The notes beneath the pieces were generated by a model, which did not search any database, was not told the origin of the DNA, and worked only from the letters and a program-made list of their open reading frames with translations. A stretch of DNA of 64,000 nucleotides from Thermoplasmatales archaeon (lineage in GTDB: Archaea; Thermoplasmatota; Thermoplasmata; Thermoplasmatales; GCA-001856825): assembly GCA_027345195.1 (NCBI GenBank), contig DAHWIJ010000015.1:64375-128374 (forward strand), written 5' to 3'. Shown piece after piece: positions 20,065-30,738 of the stretch. Position numbers and translations under genes: made by a program. Within the stretch, counting starts at the first letter, position 1; each line of letters begins with the position of its first letter.

Positions 20065-20974
20065 GGTAGATGGCATCTCTGTGAGGATGGGACGCGAGGA
20101 CATCCTCAGGAATGTCACATTCTCCCTTAAAAACGGAGAGACGAAGGTCATCCTTGGAGCCTCCGGGAGCGGAAAGACTACAATACTGAACTCCATAGCA
20201 GGTATAATTCATCCTGGCAGCGGTTCGATTATAAAAGATGGTATTGACATAACAGACCTTGAGATAGACAGAAGAAACATTGGGTTCGTCTTCCAGGACC
20301 TTGGTCTCTTCTATTCAATGAACGTAGCCGAAAATATAGCCTATGGACTTAGGATTCGAACAAACAATTTGGGAGAGATAAACCGGAGGGTAGCGGAAAT
20401 CTGCAGGCTAATGTCCATTGAGAATCTGCTCCTGAAATTTCCTGCCCAGCTAAGCGGGGGTGAAAAGCAACTTGTCTCGCTGGCCAGAACTCTGGTGATT
20501 GAGCCTGACCTGATCCTTATGGATGAACCTCTTTCATCCCTTGACTCATTCCTCAGAAACAGCATGAGATGGTACATTAAGGACATACAGCGGAGGTTCA
20601 ACCTTTCGATCGTCTACGTCACTCACGACCTTGCTGATGCGGAAATACTAGCCGATTCTATTGCAATTCTAAGCGATGGGAGGATAGTGGAGGATGGAAG
20701 CAAGGAGGTTATACTTACAAGACCCAGGTCACTTGAGGGGGCCAGAATACTCGGATATAACATATTCTCAATGGGGGGGAAGACTTATGCGATCCACCCG
20801 ACCAGGATCAAAGCAGGAGGTCCTACAAAGGTGAAAATCCTTTACTCAGAAAGTGGAATCAGAAGAAATTACTTGGTCGAAACGGAGTTTGGGCGACTCA
20901 GCGTAACAGGCGAAGAACCACTGAACGAGGGTGATGGAATATCCCTTGAAAATGCCTTCCCTCTCGTCGAGTGA
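20033..20974 (+). CDS. thiQ: ABC transporter ATP-binding subunit (thiamine)
   Basis: GASGSGKT, LSGGEKQ, LMDEP, VTHD. Confidence 0.85.
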   Translation: MERVVQLDKLRVDGISVRMGREDILRNVTFSLKNGETKVILGASGSGKTTILNSIAGIIHPGSGSIIKDGIDITDLEIDRRNIGFVFQDLGLFYSMNVAENIAYGLRIRTNNLGEINRRVAEICRLMSIENLLLKFPAQLSGGEKQLVSLARTLVIEPDLILMDEPLSSLDSFLRNSMRWYIKDIQRRFNLSIVYVTHDLADAEILADSIAILSDGRIVEDGSKEVILTRPRSLEGARILGYNIFSMGGKTYAIHPTRIKAGGPTKVKILYSESGIRRNYLVETEFGRLSVTGEEPLNEGDGISLENAFPLVE

Positions 20975-21022
20975 AGGGCAGGGAGGATTAAGATAATAGG
21001 GTTGTATATCGTCGTGAGGAGA

Positions 21023-21637
21023 ATGCTTTGCGGATGTGACGAGGCTGGAAGAGGGCCGGTAATTGGACCAATGGTGATTGCGGTCGTTTGCGGTGACCAA
21101 GAAATCATGAGGGAAATAGGAGCTAGGGACTCAAAAGCTCTGTCGGAGAAGTCAAGGGAGCGCATTTATGATAGGATTGTGGAGAAAGCTGCATCAGTAC
21201 AATACGTCATAATAAGCGAAAAGGAGATAGACGAGGCGACTAGGATGAACGAACTTAACCTCCTTGAGGCCAAGACAATTGCTGGCCTCATAAAGAAGGA
21301 GAACGAGTATATCATAGACTGCCCGGACGTTAATGAAGAAAGGTTTGCAAGACTGATTTCTGAGCTAAGTGGAAATGACAAGATCATTTCGAAACACAAG
21401 GCGGACGTTAACTACCCCCTCGTGTCGGCAGCATCCATTATAGCCAAGGTGAAAAGGGAGAAGGAGGTCCTAAAGATAAAGAAGGAGATTGGTGAATTCG
21501 GGTCCGGATATCCGTCGGATGAACGGACTATCGCGTTCCTGAAGGGATACCTTGCAAAGAACGGAACTCTTCCACCGCATGTCCGCAGATCCTGGAAGAC
21601 TGTGGAAAAGATTGTGACCAGTCTGGATAGGTATTGA
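21023..21637 (+). CDS. rnhB: Ribonuclease HII (ATG 21023 after a GAGGAG SD)
   Basis: GCDEAGRGPVIGPMV, DSK, VSAASIIAKV, GSGYPSD, RRSW. Confidence 0.95.
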   Translation: MLCGCDEAGRGPVIGPMVIAVVCGDQEIMREIGARDSKALSEKSRERIYDRIVEKAASVQYVIISEKEIDEATRMNELNLLEAKTIAGLIKKENEYIIDCPDVNEERFARLISELSGNDKIISKHKADVNYPLVSAASIIAKVKREKEVLKIKKEIGEFGSGYPSDERTIAFLKGYLAKNGTLPPHVRRSWKTVEKIVTSLDRY

Positions 21638-21859
21638 CCGTTCCCCCCAATCCACCATCCCTCATCGCTTCCTACGGAAAACATATTTTTCTGCAAATTG
21701 GGACAGATTACTCCTCTTTCTCGTTGATCATGGGATGTATCGCTTCCTATCTCTTTGTCAGGAGGCAAGGGCATAACAAGTTGAAGGTATCCCCAGCCTT
21801 TGACGGTTAAAGGACACCCCAATGAAATTCTTTTATTCCACAATCAGATGTGCACCACA

Positions 21860-24800
21860 ATGCCTGAGGAGCTTGAGAATTATTTTTTAACTCTAAAGAA
21901 TGGAGCCAACAGACAGTACGAAATTGCCGCACGTGCGAGGTTACAAGGTAAGGATAGCGAAACCAAGGTAGAGGTTCCTCAGGCTGAAGACTTGGCCGGA
22001 AGGGTTCAGGCCCTTACCGGAATAGAGGCATCAGAGATAATAAGAGATCTATCAAGAAAATACGACAGGGAAAGGGTTGCGATAGAGTCGGCAATCTCTG
22101 TATCTGAGAGCTATGATGGGCCTACGGAGACAAGAATAGAAAAGGGAATAAGGGTTGCCCTAGCCATACTCACCGAAGGCATTCTCGTAGCTCCCCTTGA
22201 AGGCATAACAGGGGTTAAGATCAAACAACGGGGTAACAGCAACTACCTCGCAATATACTATTCAGGACCCATTCGGAGTGCAGGAGGAACAGCCCAGGCT
22301 CTTAGCGTGTTCGTCGGAGACCTCCTAAGGAGGAAGTTTGGGATCGGAAAGTATGATGCAACTAAGGAGGAGATAGAGAGGTGCAAGGAGGAGATTCCTC
22401 TTTACGCTAGAGTGCAGCATCTTCAATATCTTCCAACGGCAGACGAAATTGAGAATGCAGTCAAAGGTTCCCCAGTATGCATAACGGGTGAAGGAACTGA
22501 AGAGGCTGAAATTACGGGTCACAGGAACCTCCCGGATATTGAGACGAATCGCCTGAGGGGAGGAATGGCCCTTGTGATTGCTGAAGGCCTGATTCTCAAA
22601 GGCCCGAAACTCAAGAAGTATGTCAGCACATTCGGGCTAGAAGGGTGGTCCTTTTCCTCTGAAAAAAAGGAGGAAAAGAACATCTTCCCCAATTCAAACT
22701 ACCTAAAGGAAATGTTAGCTGGCCGGCCAGCTCTTTCTTACCCGTCGAGGAAAGGTGGCTTCAGGCTTCGTTACGGGAGGTCAAGGAATACCGGACTTGC
22801 CGCAGTGGCGATTAATCCGGTGACGATGAAAGTTCTTGATGATTTCATTGCTGTGGGAACTCAGATAAAGATGGAGCGGCCCGGGAAGGCTGGGGCAGTT
22901 GTATCTAACTCCAATCTGGAAGGGCCGTGCGTCATCCTGAACTCTGGCAGTCTTGTTTACCTAAATGGCGAAGAGAAATACAACCTCCACAGGAACGAGA
23001 TCAAGGAAATCGTAGACCTGGGGGAAATGATGATCTCATTTGGAGAATTCATCGAAAACAACAAGGTCCTGTTTCCAGGAGCCTTCACCGAATCCTGGTG
23101 GAGAGAGGCCTGCAGTAAAAAACTGGGTTATGTGCCTGAAGTAAATGATGAGAGAAGTGCAGTGGAGGCCTCCGTTCGACTAAAGGTCCCTCTGCATCCT
23201 TCATACACATACCTGTGGCATGATGTAAGCGTTGAAGACCTACAGCTCTTCATGGAAATACTTGAGAACGACTCTAGAATTGTGGACCAATACCTTGAAC
23301 TCCCTGATACTGACTTCGCAAGGCGGTTCCTGACTGACATCCTCATCGAATTCGATGTCGCCGCCACTATAAAAATAAAAAATTTTCTTTCGCTGACGGC
23401 CACCCTGGGCATGAGAATCAACGATGGGAAGCTGTACAGGACAAAGAATGTGATGGGGAATGACGTGATCAAAGCAGTGAACGACCTGGCTGGTTTCCCT
23501 GTCTATCCGAAGGGCCTCACTCGCATAGGAGCGAGGATGGGCAGACCGGAGAAGGCGGAGGAGAGAAGGATGAATCCTCCGGTTCATGTCCTTTTCCCCA
23601 TCGGTAACGTCCAGAAGAACAGGAGGGATTTGAATCAATATGAAGAACTCCGTGGAACTGAGGTCCAGCTGAGGAGCTGCCCTGGGTGCGGAAACTCGAC
23701 CTACAGGAACATCTGCGAGAAATGCGGTTCGCACACAAATCCAACTGAAAGAACAAAGGAGTTCGTTGTAAATATTTCAGCCATACTTGAGGAGATGGGG
23801 AAGGAGCTGGGAGTATCGATTCCGAAGAAGGTGAATGGTGTCAGGGGGTTGACTTCAACGTACAAAACCCCTGAACCTCTTGAGAAGGGGATACTGAGGG
23901 CAGCGTGGTCGGTGTATCCATTCAAGGATGGGACGTGCAGGTTCGATATGTCAGATGTCCCCTTGACCCATGCGAGGCTTGAAGAGATAGGCCTCACAGT
24001 AGAGAGGGCAAAGAAGCTTGGTTATCAGAGGGACTATTTGGGGGAGGAGCTTTCCAGTCCTTGGCAGATCATAGAGATCTTCCCTCAGGACATAGTACCT
24101 AGCAGAAAGGCTGGCGATTACCTACTGAGGGTGTCGAAATTCGTGGATGATCTCCTGGAGAAATTCTACAATCTGGAACCTTTCTATAGGGCTGGAACCA
24201 GGGATGACCTTATTGGTGCTCTTGTTATAGGACTGGCACCTCATACTTCCGGAGGTGTGCTAGGCCGGATCATAGGTTATACGGAATGTGACGTCTGCTA
24301 TGCACATCCATTCTTCCATGCCGCAAAGAGAAGGAACTGCGACGGTGATGAAGATTCGATAATGCTCCTCCTGGATGGCCTTCTCAATTTTTCCCTGGAT
24401 TACCTTCCAAATTCAAGGGGTAGCCTCATGGATGCTCCCCTGGTTCTCTCCCTGAGGATAAATCCGACTGAGATAGATAAGGAGGCTCTGAATCTTGACA
24501 TAACAGGTGAGTATCCCCTTGAACTCCTCGAGGCGACCCACAAATTTCCTGACCCCTCTGAAATTTCTAAATATGTGGTCACTGCAGGTACAATGGTCAA
24601 GAACGGCCAATTATTCCCGAAATGCAATTTTTCTGACGACACTGCATCCATCAACCTAGGCACTAAGAGTTCCAGCTACAAGAGTATAGAGAGCATGGAA
24701 CAGAAGCTGGAGATGACCCTTGAGCTAGCCAGGAAACTTAGGGCCGTTGACGCCTCAGACGTCGCAGAGAGGATCCTCAAGTCTCACTTCATTCCGGACA

Positions 24801-25096
24801 TAATGGGGAACCTCAGAAAGTTCGGAGCCCAGACGTTCAGGTGCACAAGCTGCAACCAGATATACAGGCGACTTCCAATTAACGGTAAATGCAGGAAGTG
24901 CGGAACCCCACTCATAGGAACTGTCCACAAGGGGAACATTACGAAATACCTTGAGACGAGTTTCAATATCACGAATCAGTTTGATGTCAGCGGTTACGTG
25001 AAGCAAAGGATTGCAGTTATGAGAGAATCAGTTAACGCTATATTCGAGGCAAAGGGTAATAGCTTCAAGACACTGGAGGACTTCAATGATACCTAG
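21860..25096 (+). CDS. polC: DNA polymerase D large subunit DP2, no intein (likely start ATG 21860)
   Basis: GPIRSAGGTAQA, GGFRLRYGR, IGARMGRPEKA, HAAKRRNCDGDED, C-terminal CxxC...CxxC. Confidence 0.97.
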   Translation: MPEELENYFLTLKNGANRQYEIAARARLQGKDSETKVEVPQAEDLAGRVQALTGIEASEIIRDLSRKYDRERVAIESAISVSESYDGPTETRIEKGIRVALAILTEGILVAPLEGITGVKIKQRGNSNYLAIYYSGPIRSAGGTAQALSVFVGDLLRRKFGIGKYDATKEEIERCKEEIPLYARVQHLQYLPTADEIENAVKGSPVCITGEGTEEAEITGHRNLPDIETNRLRGGMALVIAEGLILKGPKLKKYVSTFGLEGWSFSSEKKEEKNIFPNSNYLKEMLAGRPALSYPSRKGGFRLRYGRSRNTGLAAVAINPVTMKVLDDFIAVGTQIKMERPGKAGAVVSNSNLEGPCVILNSGSLVYLNGEEKYNLHRNEIKEIVDLGEMMISFGEFIENNKVLFPGAFTESWWREACSKKLGYVPEVNDERSAVEASVRLKVPLHPSYTYLWHDVSVEDLQLFMEILENDSRIVDQYLELPDTDFARRFLTDILIEFDVAATIKIKNFLSLTATLGMRINDGKLYRTKNVMGNDVIKAVNDLAGFPVYPKGLTRIGARMGRPEKAEERRMNPPVHVLFPIGNVQKNRRDLNQYEELRGTEVQLRSCPGCGNSTYRNICEKCGSHTNPTERTKEFVVNISAILEEMGKELGVSIPKKVNGVRGLTSTYKTPEPLEKGILRAAWSVYPFKDGTCRFDMSDVPLTHARLEEIGLTVERAKKLGYQRDYLGEELSSPWQIIEIFPQDIVPSRKAGDYLLRVSKFVDDLLEKFYNLEPFYRAGTRDDLIGALVIGLAPHTSGGVLGRIIGYTECDVCYAHPFFHAAKRRNCDGDEDSIMLLLDGLLNFSLDYLPNSRGSLMDAPLVLSLRINPTEIDKEALNLDITGEYPLELLEATHKFPDPSEISKYVVTAGTMVKNGQLFPKCNFSDDTASINLGTKSSSYKSIESMEQKLEMTLELARKLRAVDASDVAERILKSHFIPDIMGNLRKFGAQTFRCTSCNQIYRRLPINGKCRKCGTPLIGTVHKGNITKYLETSFNITNQFDVSGYVKQRIAVMRESVNAIFEAKGNSFKTLEDFNDT

Positions 25097-25853
25097 GGTT
25101 TACTTTGTAGGAACTGCAGGAGCAGGGAAGTCAACGCTTGTGAATTCATTCAAGGAATGGCTTGAGTACAGCAATTACGACGCCATAACTGTCAACCTGG
25201 ATCCTGGCGCAGAATTTCTTCCATATACTCCCGACATAGACATAAGGGAAAATATCTCGCTAGAGAGCGTTATGCAAAACTACAATTTGGGACCCAACGG
25301 AGCACAGATAGTTGCTGCAGACCTGATAGTTGAGGAGGCTGAAAGGGTCCGGGACCTCATAGACTCATACGATTCGGACTATACCCTCATTGACACACCA
25401 GGACAGCTAGAATTATTCGCATTCCGGAGTTCTTCTTCGCAGCTGATAAATGCCCTTGGGAATGAGAACAACGCACTCATATACCTTTTTGATTCAGCGC
25501 TCATGAAGAATCCGGGCTCATATATTTCCTCTAGATTCCTCGCGATGAGCGTTCTCACAAGATTCTACATACCTTTCCAGGGTGTCGTTTCCAAGTCTGA
25601 CCTCCTTGAGCCCAGGGAAAGGGAAAGGATCGAAATATGGGATAGGAACAAGAACGAGCTGATTGCTTCCCTCAGGAGGGAGAAAGCATCAATGAACGTA
25701 CAGCTCTCGGAAGCAATTCTGGAAGGGAGCGAAAGCTTGAATCTTCTCGGGGAAAGCGTCTTCGCATCATCGGAATCGGAAGAGGGGATGGAGGATGTGT
25801 ATTCGTTTCTCCAAAAACTCTTCTATGCGTCCGACGACCTGGAAAAGCGATGA
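25086..25853 (+). CDS. GPN-loop GTPase
   Basis: GTAGAGKST, VNLDPG, LGPNG, DTPGQLE, SKSD. Confidence 0.92.
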   Translation: MIPRVYFVGTAGAGKSTLVNSFKEWLEYSNYDAITVNLDPGAEFLPYTPDIDIRENISLESVMQNYNLGPNGAQIVAADLIVEEAERVRDLIDSYDSDYTLIDTPGQLELFAFRSSSSQLINALGNENNALIYLFDSALMKNPGSYISSRFLAMSVLTRFYIPFQGVVSKSDLLEPRERERIEIWDRNKNELIASLRREKASMNVQLSEAILEGSESLNLLGESVFASSESEEGMEDVYSFLQKLFYASDDLEKR

Positions 25854-25900
25854 AACCGCAGTAAATTAAGAAAAGTATAAATAGTCCGTCAGACATACGT

Positions 25901-26998
25901 ATGATTATGCCAAATGAATATCCTATTCAAAATCATAATCAGAGGAATTTTCTTTCCCCTGATGACGAAGAACTGGCAAAGATAGTAGAATCCATGAAAG
26001 TGAACATAAAGATCGTTGGTTGCGGGGGTGCTGGAACCAACACAATAAACAGGTGCGCCAAATCCGGGATATACGGCGCTGAACTAATAGCGACGAACAC
26101 AGATGCACCGCACCTTCTCACTGTTCAGGCGAACAGAAAAATCCTTGTTGGGAAAAGGACAACACGGGGACTGGGAGCAGGCGCGATTCCACAAGTCGGG
26201 GAAGAAGCTGCCCGGGAAGATTATGACGAAATCCAATCTGCACTAGGAAATTCCGAAATAGTCTTCATCACATCCGGCATGGGGGGAGGCACAGGAACTG
26301 GAGTTGCCCCAGTTGTCGCTGAAGCTGCAAAACGTCAGAAATCGTTGGTGATAAGTATCGTTACTCTCCCGTTCTCCGCGGAGGGTAGAGTTAGGATGGA
26401 CAACGCGATATACGGGATTGACAGGTTGAGAAAGGTTTCTGACACAACAATCGTCATACCAAACGATAAGCTTCTCGAAATTGTCCCTAGACTTCCACTG
26501 GATCAGGCCTTCAAGGTGGCGGACGAAATTCTCATGGAATCCCTCAAGGGACTGACGGAAATAATAACGAAACCAGGTCTGGTGAACCTAGATTATTCTG
26601 ACATTCAGACAGTCATGAAGGAAGGGGGCGTTGCAATGATTGGTATTGGCGAAAGCACAGGTGGGAAGGCAACGGTGGAGGAGGCCGTCACTGAGGCGAT
26701 AACCTCACCACTTATCGAAGCGGACATCTCAACTACTAAGGGGGCACTAGTAAGGATTGTCGGCGGGGAGGACATGACGGTCTCACAGGCGGAGACTGCT
26801 GTTAGGATGGTTCAGGAGAAGGTAAACCCCATGGCGAGGATTGTCTGGGGCGCTTCCGTAGACCCGACCCTCGCAGGGGAATTCAAGGTACTGGTTGTCC
26901 TCACAGGCGTTAACTCTCCATATTTCCTTAGCTCCTCAAAGGGAGTGGCAATAAAGGGAGCGAGGGGATTGGATGCTGAAATAGATTCGGTGATGTAG
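25901..26998 (+). CDS. ftsZ: Cell division protein FtsZ (FtsZ1-like)
   Basis: [30 protein letters not shown]7 loop NLDYSD. Confidence 0.97.
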   Translation: MIMPNEYPIQNHNQRNFLSPDDEELAKIVESMKVNIKIVGCGGAGTNTINRCAKSGIYGAELIATNTDAPHLLTVQANRKILVGKRTTRGLGAGAIPQVGEEAAREDYDEIQSALGNSEIVFITSGMGGGTGTGVAPVVAEAAKRQKSLVISIVTLPFSAEGRVRMDNAIYGIDRLRKVSDTTIVIPNDKLLEIVPRLPLDQAFKVADEILMESLKGLTEIITKPGLVNLDYSDIQTVMKEGGVAMIGIGESTGGKATVEEAVTEAITSPLIEADISTTKGALVRIVGGEDMTVSQAETAVRMVQEKVNPMARIVWGASVDPTLAGEFKVLVVLTGVNSPYFLSSSKGVAIKGARGLDAEIDSVM

Positions 26999-27000
26999 AG

Positions 27001-27381
27001 ATGGAGAAGAAAGGGTTCAGACTGACGTCCGGCCTATTTGGATTTGCTGCTTCGCTTCTGCTTATAGTATACATCTTTCAGGTGACACACGGGATTCTGC
27101 AGTCAGTTCTCTATACGGCCTTTGCATTCCTTGCGTATTCGCTAGCTTCTTACTTACTACTATCGAATTCCGGGAATAGAGTGGTCAAACTCATACCATT
27201 CGTCTACCTTGGAGCAGGGCTTTCGATGGTCTATGCGGTCGTAGTTCTTGCAGGGGGGCACAACATGTTCCTCTACCTAGCTGTGACCACTGCTGCAATT
27301 GCGGGTATAAGCTACCTTTATGCGACATACGCTGCGAACTACCACAGAAGTGTCAGCAAGTTGGGCGTAAAAGCCCACTAA
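27001..27381 (+). CDS. Hypothetical four-TM membrane protein, starting 2 bp after ftsZ
   Basis: Four hydrophobic segments; tight coupling to ftsZ. Confidence 0.7.
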   Translation: MEKKGFRLTSGLFGFAASLLLIVYIFQVTHGILQSVLYTAFAFLAYSLASYLLLSNSGNRVVKLIPFVYLGAGLSMVYAVVVLAGGHNMFLYLAVTTAAIAGISYLYATYAANYHRSVSKLGVKAH

Positions 27382-27455
27382 TTTCCTTTATTTTTTTGTT
27401 GCATTTCTTAATAACGTTCATGAAGTGTTAATATAGTATCTGTATATCAGCGAGA

Positions 27456-29558
27456 GTGAAAGAGAAGGTATTTGTATTTGCTGCCCTCCCTTACGTAAAC
27501 AGCAGTCTGCACCTTGGCCACATAGCTGGAGCCTACCTACCGTATGACGTATTCAGGAGATACCTGAAACTCAGGGGGTTTGAAGTTATAGCTACCTCTG
27601 GAAGCGACGAGCACGGCACTCCTATAACCTTAAGGGCTATCAGGGAGGGGATAAAACCCGAGGAGATAGTAGAGAAATTTCATAAGATTAACGTCAGCAT
27701 CTTCAATCAAATGGACATCGAGTTCGATGCATATATTGAGACGTCGTCGAAACTCCACAGAGATATAACATCAAACTTCCTGAAGAGGCTGAAAGACAGA
27801 GGGTTCATCTATGAAGCAGAGATGGTCCAGCCTTTTTGCTTAAAGGAAAACATATTCCTTGCTGACAGGTACGTCACAGGAAAGTGTCCTCACTGCGGCT
27901 ATGAATCCGCCACGGGGGACCAGTGCGAAAACTGCGGCCAGACCCTAGAACCTGGGGAGCTCATAAATCCGACATGCATTTTTGACCACAGCGTACCAGA
28001 ATTCAGAGAAACCAAACATCTCTTTTTCAAGCTATCCGCCCTGGCTGGAGACCTCCTCAGGTACATAGAATCAAGGCAGTCGTGGAGGATGAACGTCCTT
28101 AACTTTTCCAAAAATTTCATTTCTGGGGGGCTCAAGGATAGACCTATCACGCGAGACCTGAACTGGGGGGTTGATGTTCCGTTCGAGGGGTTCGAGAATA
28201 AGAAGATATATGTGTGGTTTGAGGCCCTAATCGGCTACCTGACCGGTATAAGCTCAGTCGTGGGCAGTCAGGAGGAGGCCTTACGGTTATGGAATGACCC
28301 CGGGCTCAGGTATTATCACTTCGTGGGGAAGGACAACATAGTCTTCCACTCAATCATCTGGCCGGCGATGCTTCTGGCACATGGGGATATGACCCTTCCG
28401 TATTTCGTAGCAGCCAACGAATTTCTCAATTTTCAAGGGGAAAAATTTTCCAAAAGCAAGGGAACCGGTTTCTCAATGCCACAGCTTCTTGAAAGATATA
28501 ACTCTGAATTCATCCGCTTTGGTGTGCTATACAACCTGCCTGAGGAGCACGATTCAGATTTCTCCATTGAAGAGTTTGAGAATAGGGTTAACACGGAACT
28601 GATAGACAAGTTCGGCAATTTCGTTAACCGCGCTCTAACCCTCGCCTTCAAGAAGGGGGCCGTCTCCGCAGACCAGATTTCGCAGAATGAGATGGATATC
28701 GACGCAGAGAACAAGATTAGGGAAACAATGGCCAACATAATTAGGGAGATGGATGGCGTTCACATTAGAAACGCATTCAGGTACTGGCTTGACCTGGCAT
28801 ACTTCGGGAACAGCTATATAACAGCCAGAAAGCCTTGGGATGCATGCAAGAAGGATGATGCGAATTGCAACGCTGCCATCTATACCGGGGTGAAGATAGT
28901 GTATGCCCTGGTTGTATTGGGACAGATATTCATTCCCAAGACCTCTGGCAAAATACTCTCCTGGCTAGGGTACGAGAAACCGGTGGAAATTCAAGAGGAC
29001 TTGACGTTCCCAGTGGCAAGGCTGGTTGTTAAACCTGAGAGGTTATTTGAAAAGATTGAGAACAAGGAAATAAACCTGAGGCTCAACGTTGCGAGGATTG
29101 AGGAAGTTTTAGATCACCCGAATGCCGAAAAGCTCTACCTTCTTGACTTAGATTTGGGGGATAGCAAGAGAAGAATAGTCAGTGGGATAAAGAACAGCTA
29201 CTCCAAGGAATCTCTGAAGGGGAAGAACATAATAGTTGTGACCAACCTTAAGCCGGCGGTGATTAGGGGGGAGGCCTCTAGGGGAATGCTTCTTGCTGCA
29301 GAAGATGAGCGCGGGATCCATCTCCTTCTAGCCCCCCTCGGCGCATCTCCCGGGGAGGAGGTCAAGATAGGGGATATGCAAACAAATCCAGTCGAAATAT
29401 CCATAGAAGAGTTCAGAAAATTCAACATCAAAACAGTTCTGAGTGAGGGAGACGTGGTCCCTGCACTCTTTGTTGGCGAGAAGCCCTACTTCTTTAAAAT
29501 ACTGGAGGGGAAAATTGTCGTTGACGGGGCGCCATCCGAAGGTTTAAGGATAAAATGA
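27456..29558 (+). CDS. metG: Methionyl-tRNA synthetase with C-terminal tRNA-binding OB domain
   Basis: ALPYVN, HLGH, GSDEHG, Zn knuckles, KFSKS, HPNAEKL. Confidence 0.97.
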   Translation: MKEKVFVFAALPYVNSSLHLGHIAGAYLPYDVFRRYLKLRGFEVIATSGSDEHGTPITLRAIREGIKPEEIVEKFHKINVSIFNQMDIEFDAYIETSSKLHRDITSNFLKRLKDRGFIYEAEMVQPFCLKENIFLADRYVTGKCPHCGYESATGDQCENCGQTLEPGELINPTCIFDHSVPEFRETKHLFFKLSALAGDLLRYIESRQSWRMNVLNFSKNFISGGLKDRPITRDLNWGVDVPFEGFENKKIYVWFEALIGYLTGISSVVGSQEEALRLWNDPGLRYYHFVGKDNIVFHSIIWPAMLLAHGDMTLPYFVAANEFLNFQGEKFSKSKGTGFSMPQLLERYNSEFIRFGVLYNLPEEHDSDFSIEEFENRVNTELIDKFGNFVNRALTLAFKKGAVSADQISQNEMDIDAENKIRETMANIIREMDGVHIRNAFRYWLDLAYFGNSYITARKPWDACKKDDANCNAAIYTGVKIVYALVVLGQIFIPKTSGKILSWLGYEKPVEIQEDLTFPVARLVVKPERLFEKIENKEINLRLNVARIEEVLDHPNAEKLYLLDLDLGDSKRRIVSGIKNSYSKESLKGKNIIVVTNLKPAVIRGEASRGMLLAAEDERGIHLLLAPLGASPGEEVKIGDMQTNPVEISIEEFRKFNIKTVLSEGDVVPALFVGEKPYFFKILEGKIVVDGAPSEGLRIK

Positions 29559-30184
29559 GAGGCGACATTCACACCCATTCAAAGTATTCTCCAGATTCCA
29601 ACCTGGAACCGGCTGAGATAATCAAGACAGCCAGGATGGCAGGATTAGGTTTTATTGCGATATCTGATCACAACAGATTTGTTCAGCATAAGGGGGATAT
29701 GATCATTCTGAATGCAGAGGAGGTGTCTTCTGCGGATGGTCATATTCTCGCACTATTTATAGAAGGGGAGGTTCCCCCAAAACTTTCGCAGGAAGAGACT
29801 GTTGAGAAAATCCGTGACCTGAATGGAATAGCAATCTGTGCACATCCGTACAGGCTGGTTAACGGGGTGAGGTCGCGATTTGAGAATATCTATGACGCGA
29901 TCGAGGCAAAGAACGGAAGGTGTGGTACCTCGTGCAACGCGAGAGCCCAGCGGTTGGCAACAGAGTTAGGCATTCCTGTGACTGCAGGCAGTGATTCCCA
30001 CTATTATAACGAGGTTGGAAAGGTGTACATGGAGGTTGAAGAAGGGGATGAGGAATCCATAAGGAAGTCTATAGTCTCCGGAAGAGTCAAGATTGGAGGT
30101 GTTGACCTTTCCCTGGCCGGAAAATTTAATCTGTATTTCAAAATGGGAAAGGAGTATATACAAAGGGGTTTCAAGCGGATATAG
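29555..30184 (+). CDS. PHP-family metal-dependent phosphoesterase
   Basis: DIHTHS, ISDHN, AEEVS, AHP, GSDSH. Confidence 0.9.
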   Translation: MRGDIHTHSKYSPDSNLEPAEIIKTARMAGLGFIAISDHNRFVQHKGDMIILNAEEVSSADGHILALFIEGEVPPKLSQEETVEKIRDLNGIAICAHPYRLVNGVRSRFENIYDAIEAKNGRCGTSCNARAQRLATELGIPVTAGSDSHYYNEVGKVYMEVEEGDEESIRKSIVSGRVKIGGVDLSLAGKFNLYFKMGKEYIQRGFKRI

Positions 30185-30212
30185 CCTCCCTTGAGAAAGA
30201 AGGTAAAGTAGC

Positions 30213-30710
30213 TTAGATGGAAAGCAGTCTTTCCGCTATTGTCTTTATTCTCTTCCGCATTTCCTCCTTCTGAGCCACCTTATCCTTGTTGTCGGTTATG
30301 TAGTCAGTCAACATCTCAAGGGTATCAACAGATTCATCAAGTCCGTTGAATCCAGTCCATGCCCTCATTCTGTTCCAGGGAAACCAGCTGCCTTCAAGAA
30401 TCTCCTTTCCCTTTTCTGTGATTGAATAATACTTCTTTCCATCCCTAATGTCGAGGCCAAGATAGCCCTCCTTGGTTAGACTGTCCAAGAGCGGATAAAT
30501 GTGCCCCGGGGATGGTCGCCAGTGTCCCATAGACATGTTTTCAATTTTTTCCATTATCATAGATCCGGTCGATGGCTCTCTGGAAACAATGCTAAGCACC
30601 CAATACTTCAGGCCGAATCCTCTGGATTGCCACCCGCTGTGTCCCATGTGACTGTGTCTGCTGTGCCCCCATCCTCCAAATTCTTCATCATCTCTCATCT
30701 TTATCACCAT
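30213..30710 (-). CDS. PadR-family transcriptional regulator with His/Gly-rich N-terminus
   Basis: WRPSPGHIYPLL, KKYYSITEKG. Confidence 0.9.
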   Translation of the reverse strand: MVIKMRDDEEFGGWGHSRHSHMGHSGWQSRGFGLKYWVLSIVSREPSTGSMIMEKIENMSMGHWRPSPGHIYPLLDSLTKEGYLGLDIRDGKKYYSITEKGKEILEGSWFPWNRMRAWTGFNGLDESVDTLEMLTDYITDNKDKVAQKEEMRKRIKTIAERLLSI

Positions 30711-30738
30711 ATCTTTTTCAGATATCTATTTTAGATAT
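30709..30738. promoter_or_regulatory. Tandem inverted-repeat operator (ATATCT-N5-AGATAT twice) at the padR start
   Basis: ATATCT-ttttc-AGATAT (30709-30725) overlaps ATATCT-atttt-AGATAT (30722-30738), between a minus-strand TATA-like TTTAAGTA (about 30749-30756) and the start codon. Confidence 0.75.

Noticed and set aside
21638..21859. Short direct repeat ATCGCTTCCTA (two copies) and minus-strand ORFs in the rnhB-polC gap
   Set aside because: Only two 11-mers; not CRISPR-like; the ORFs show no protein-family signal
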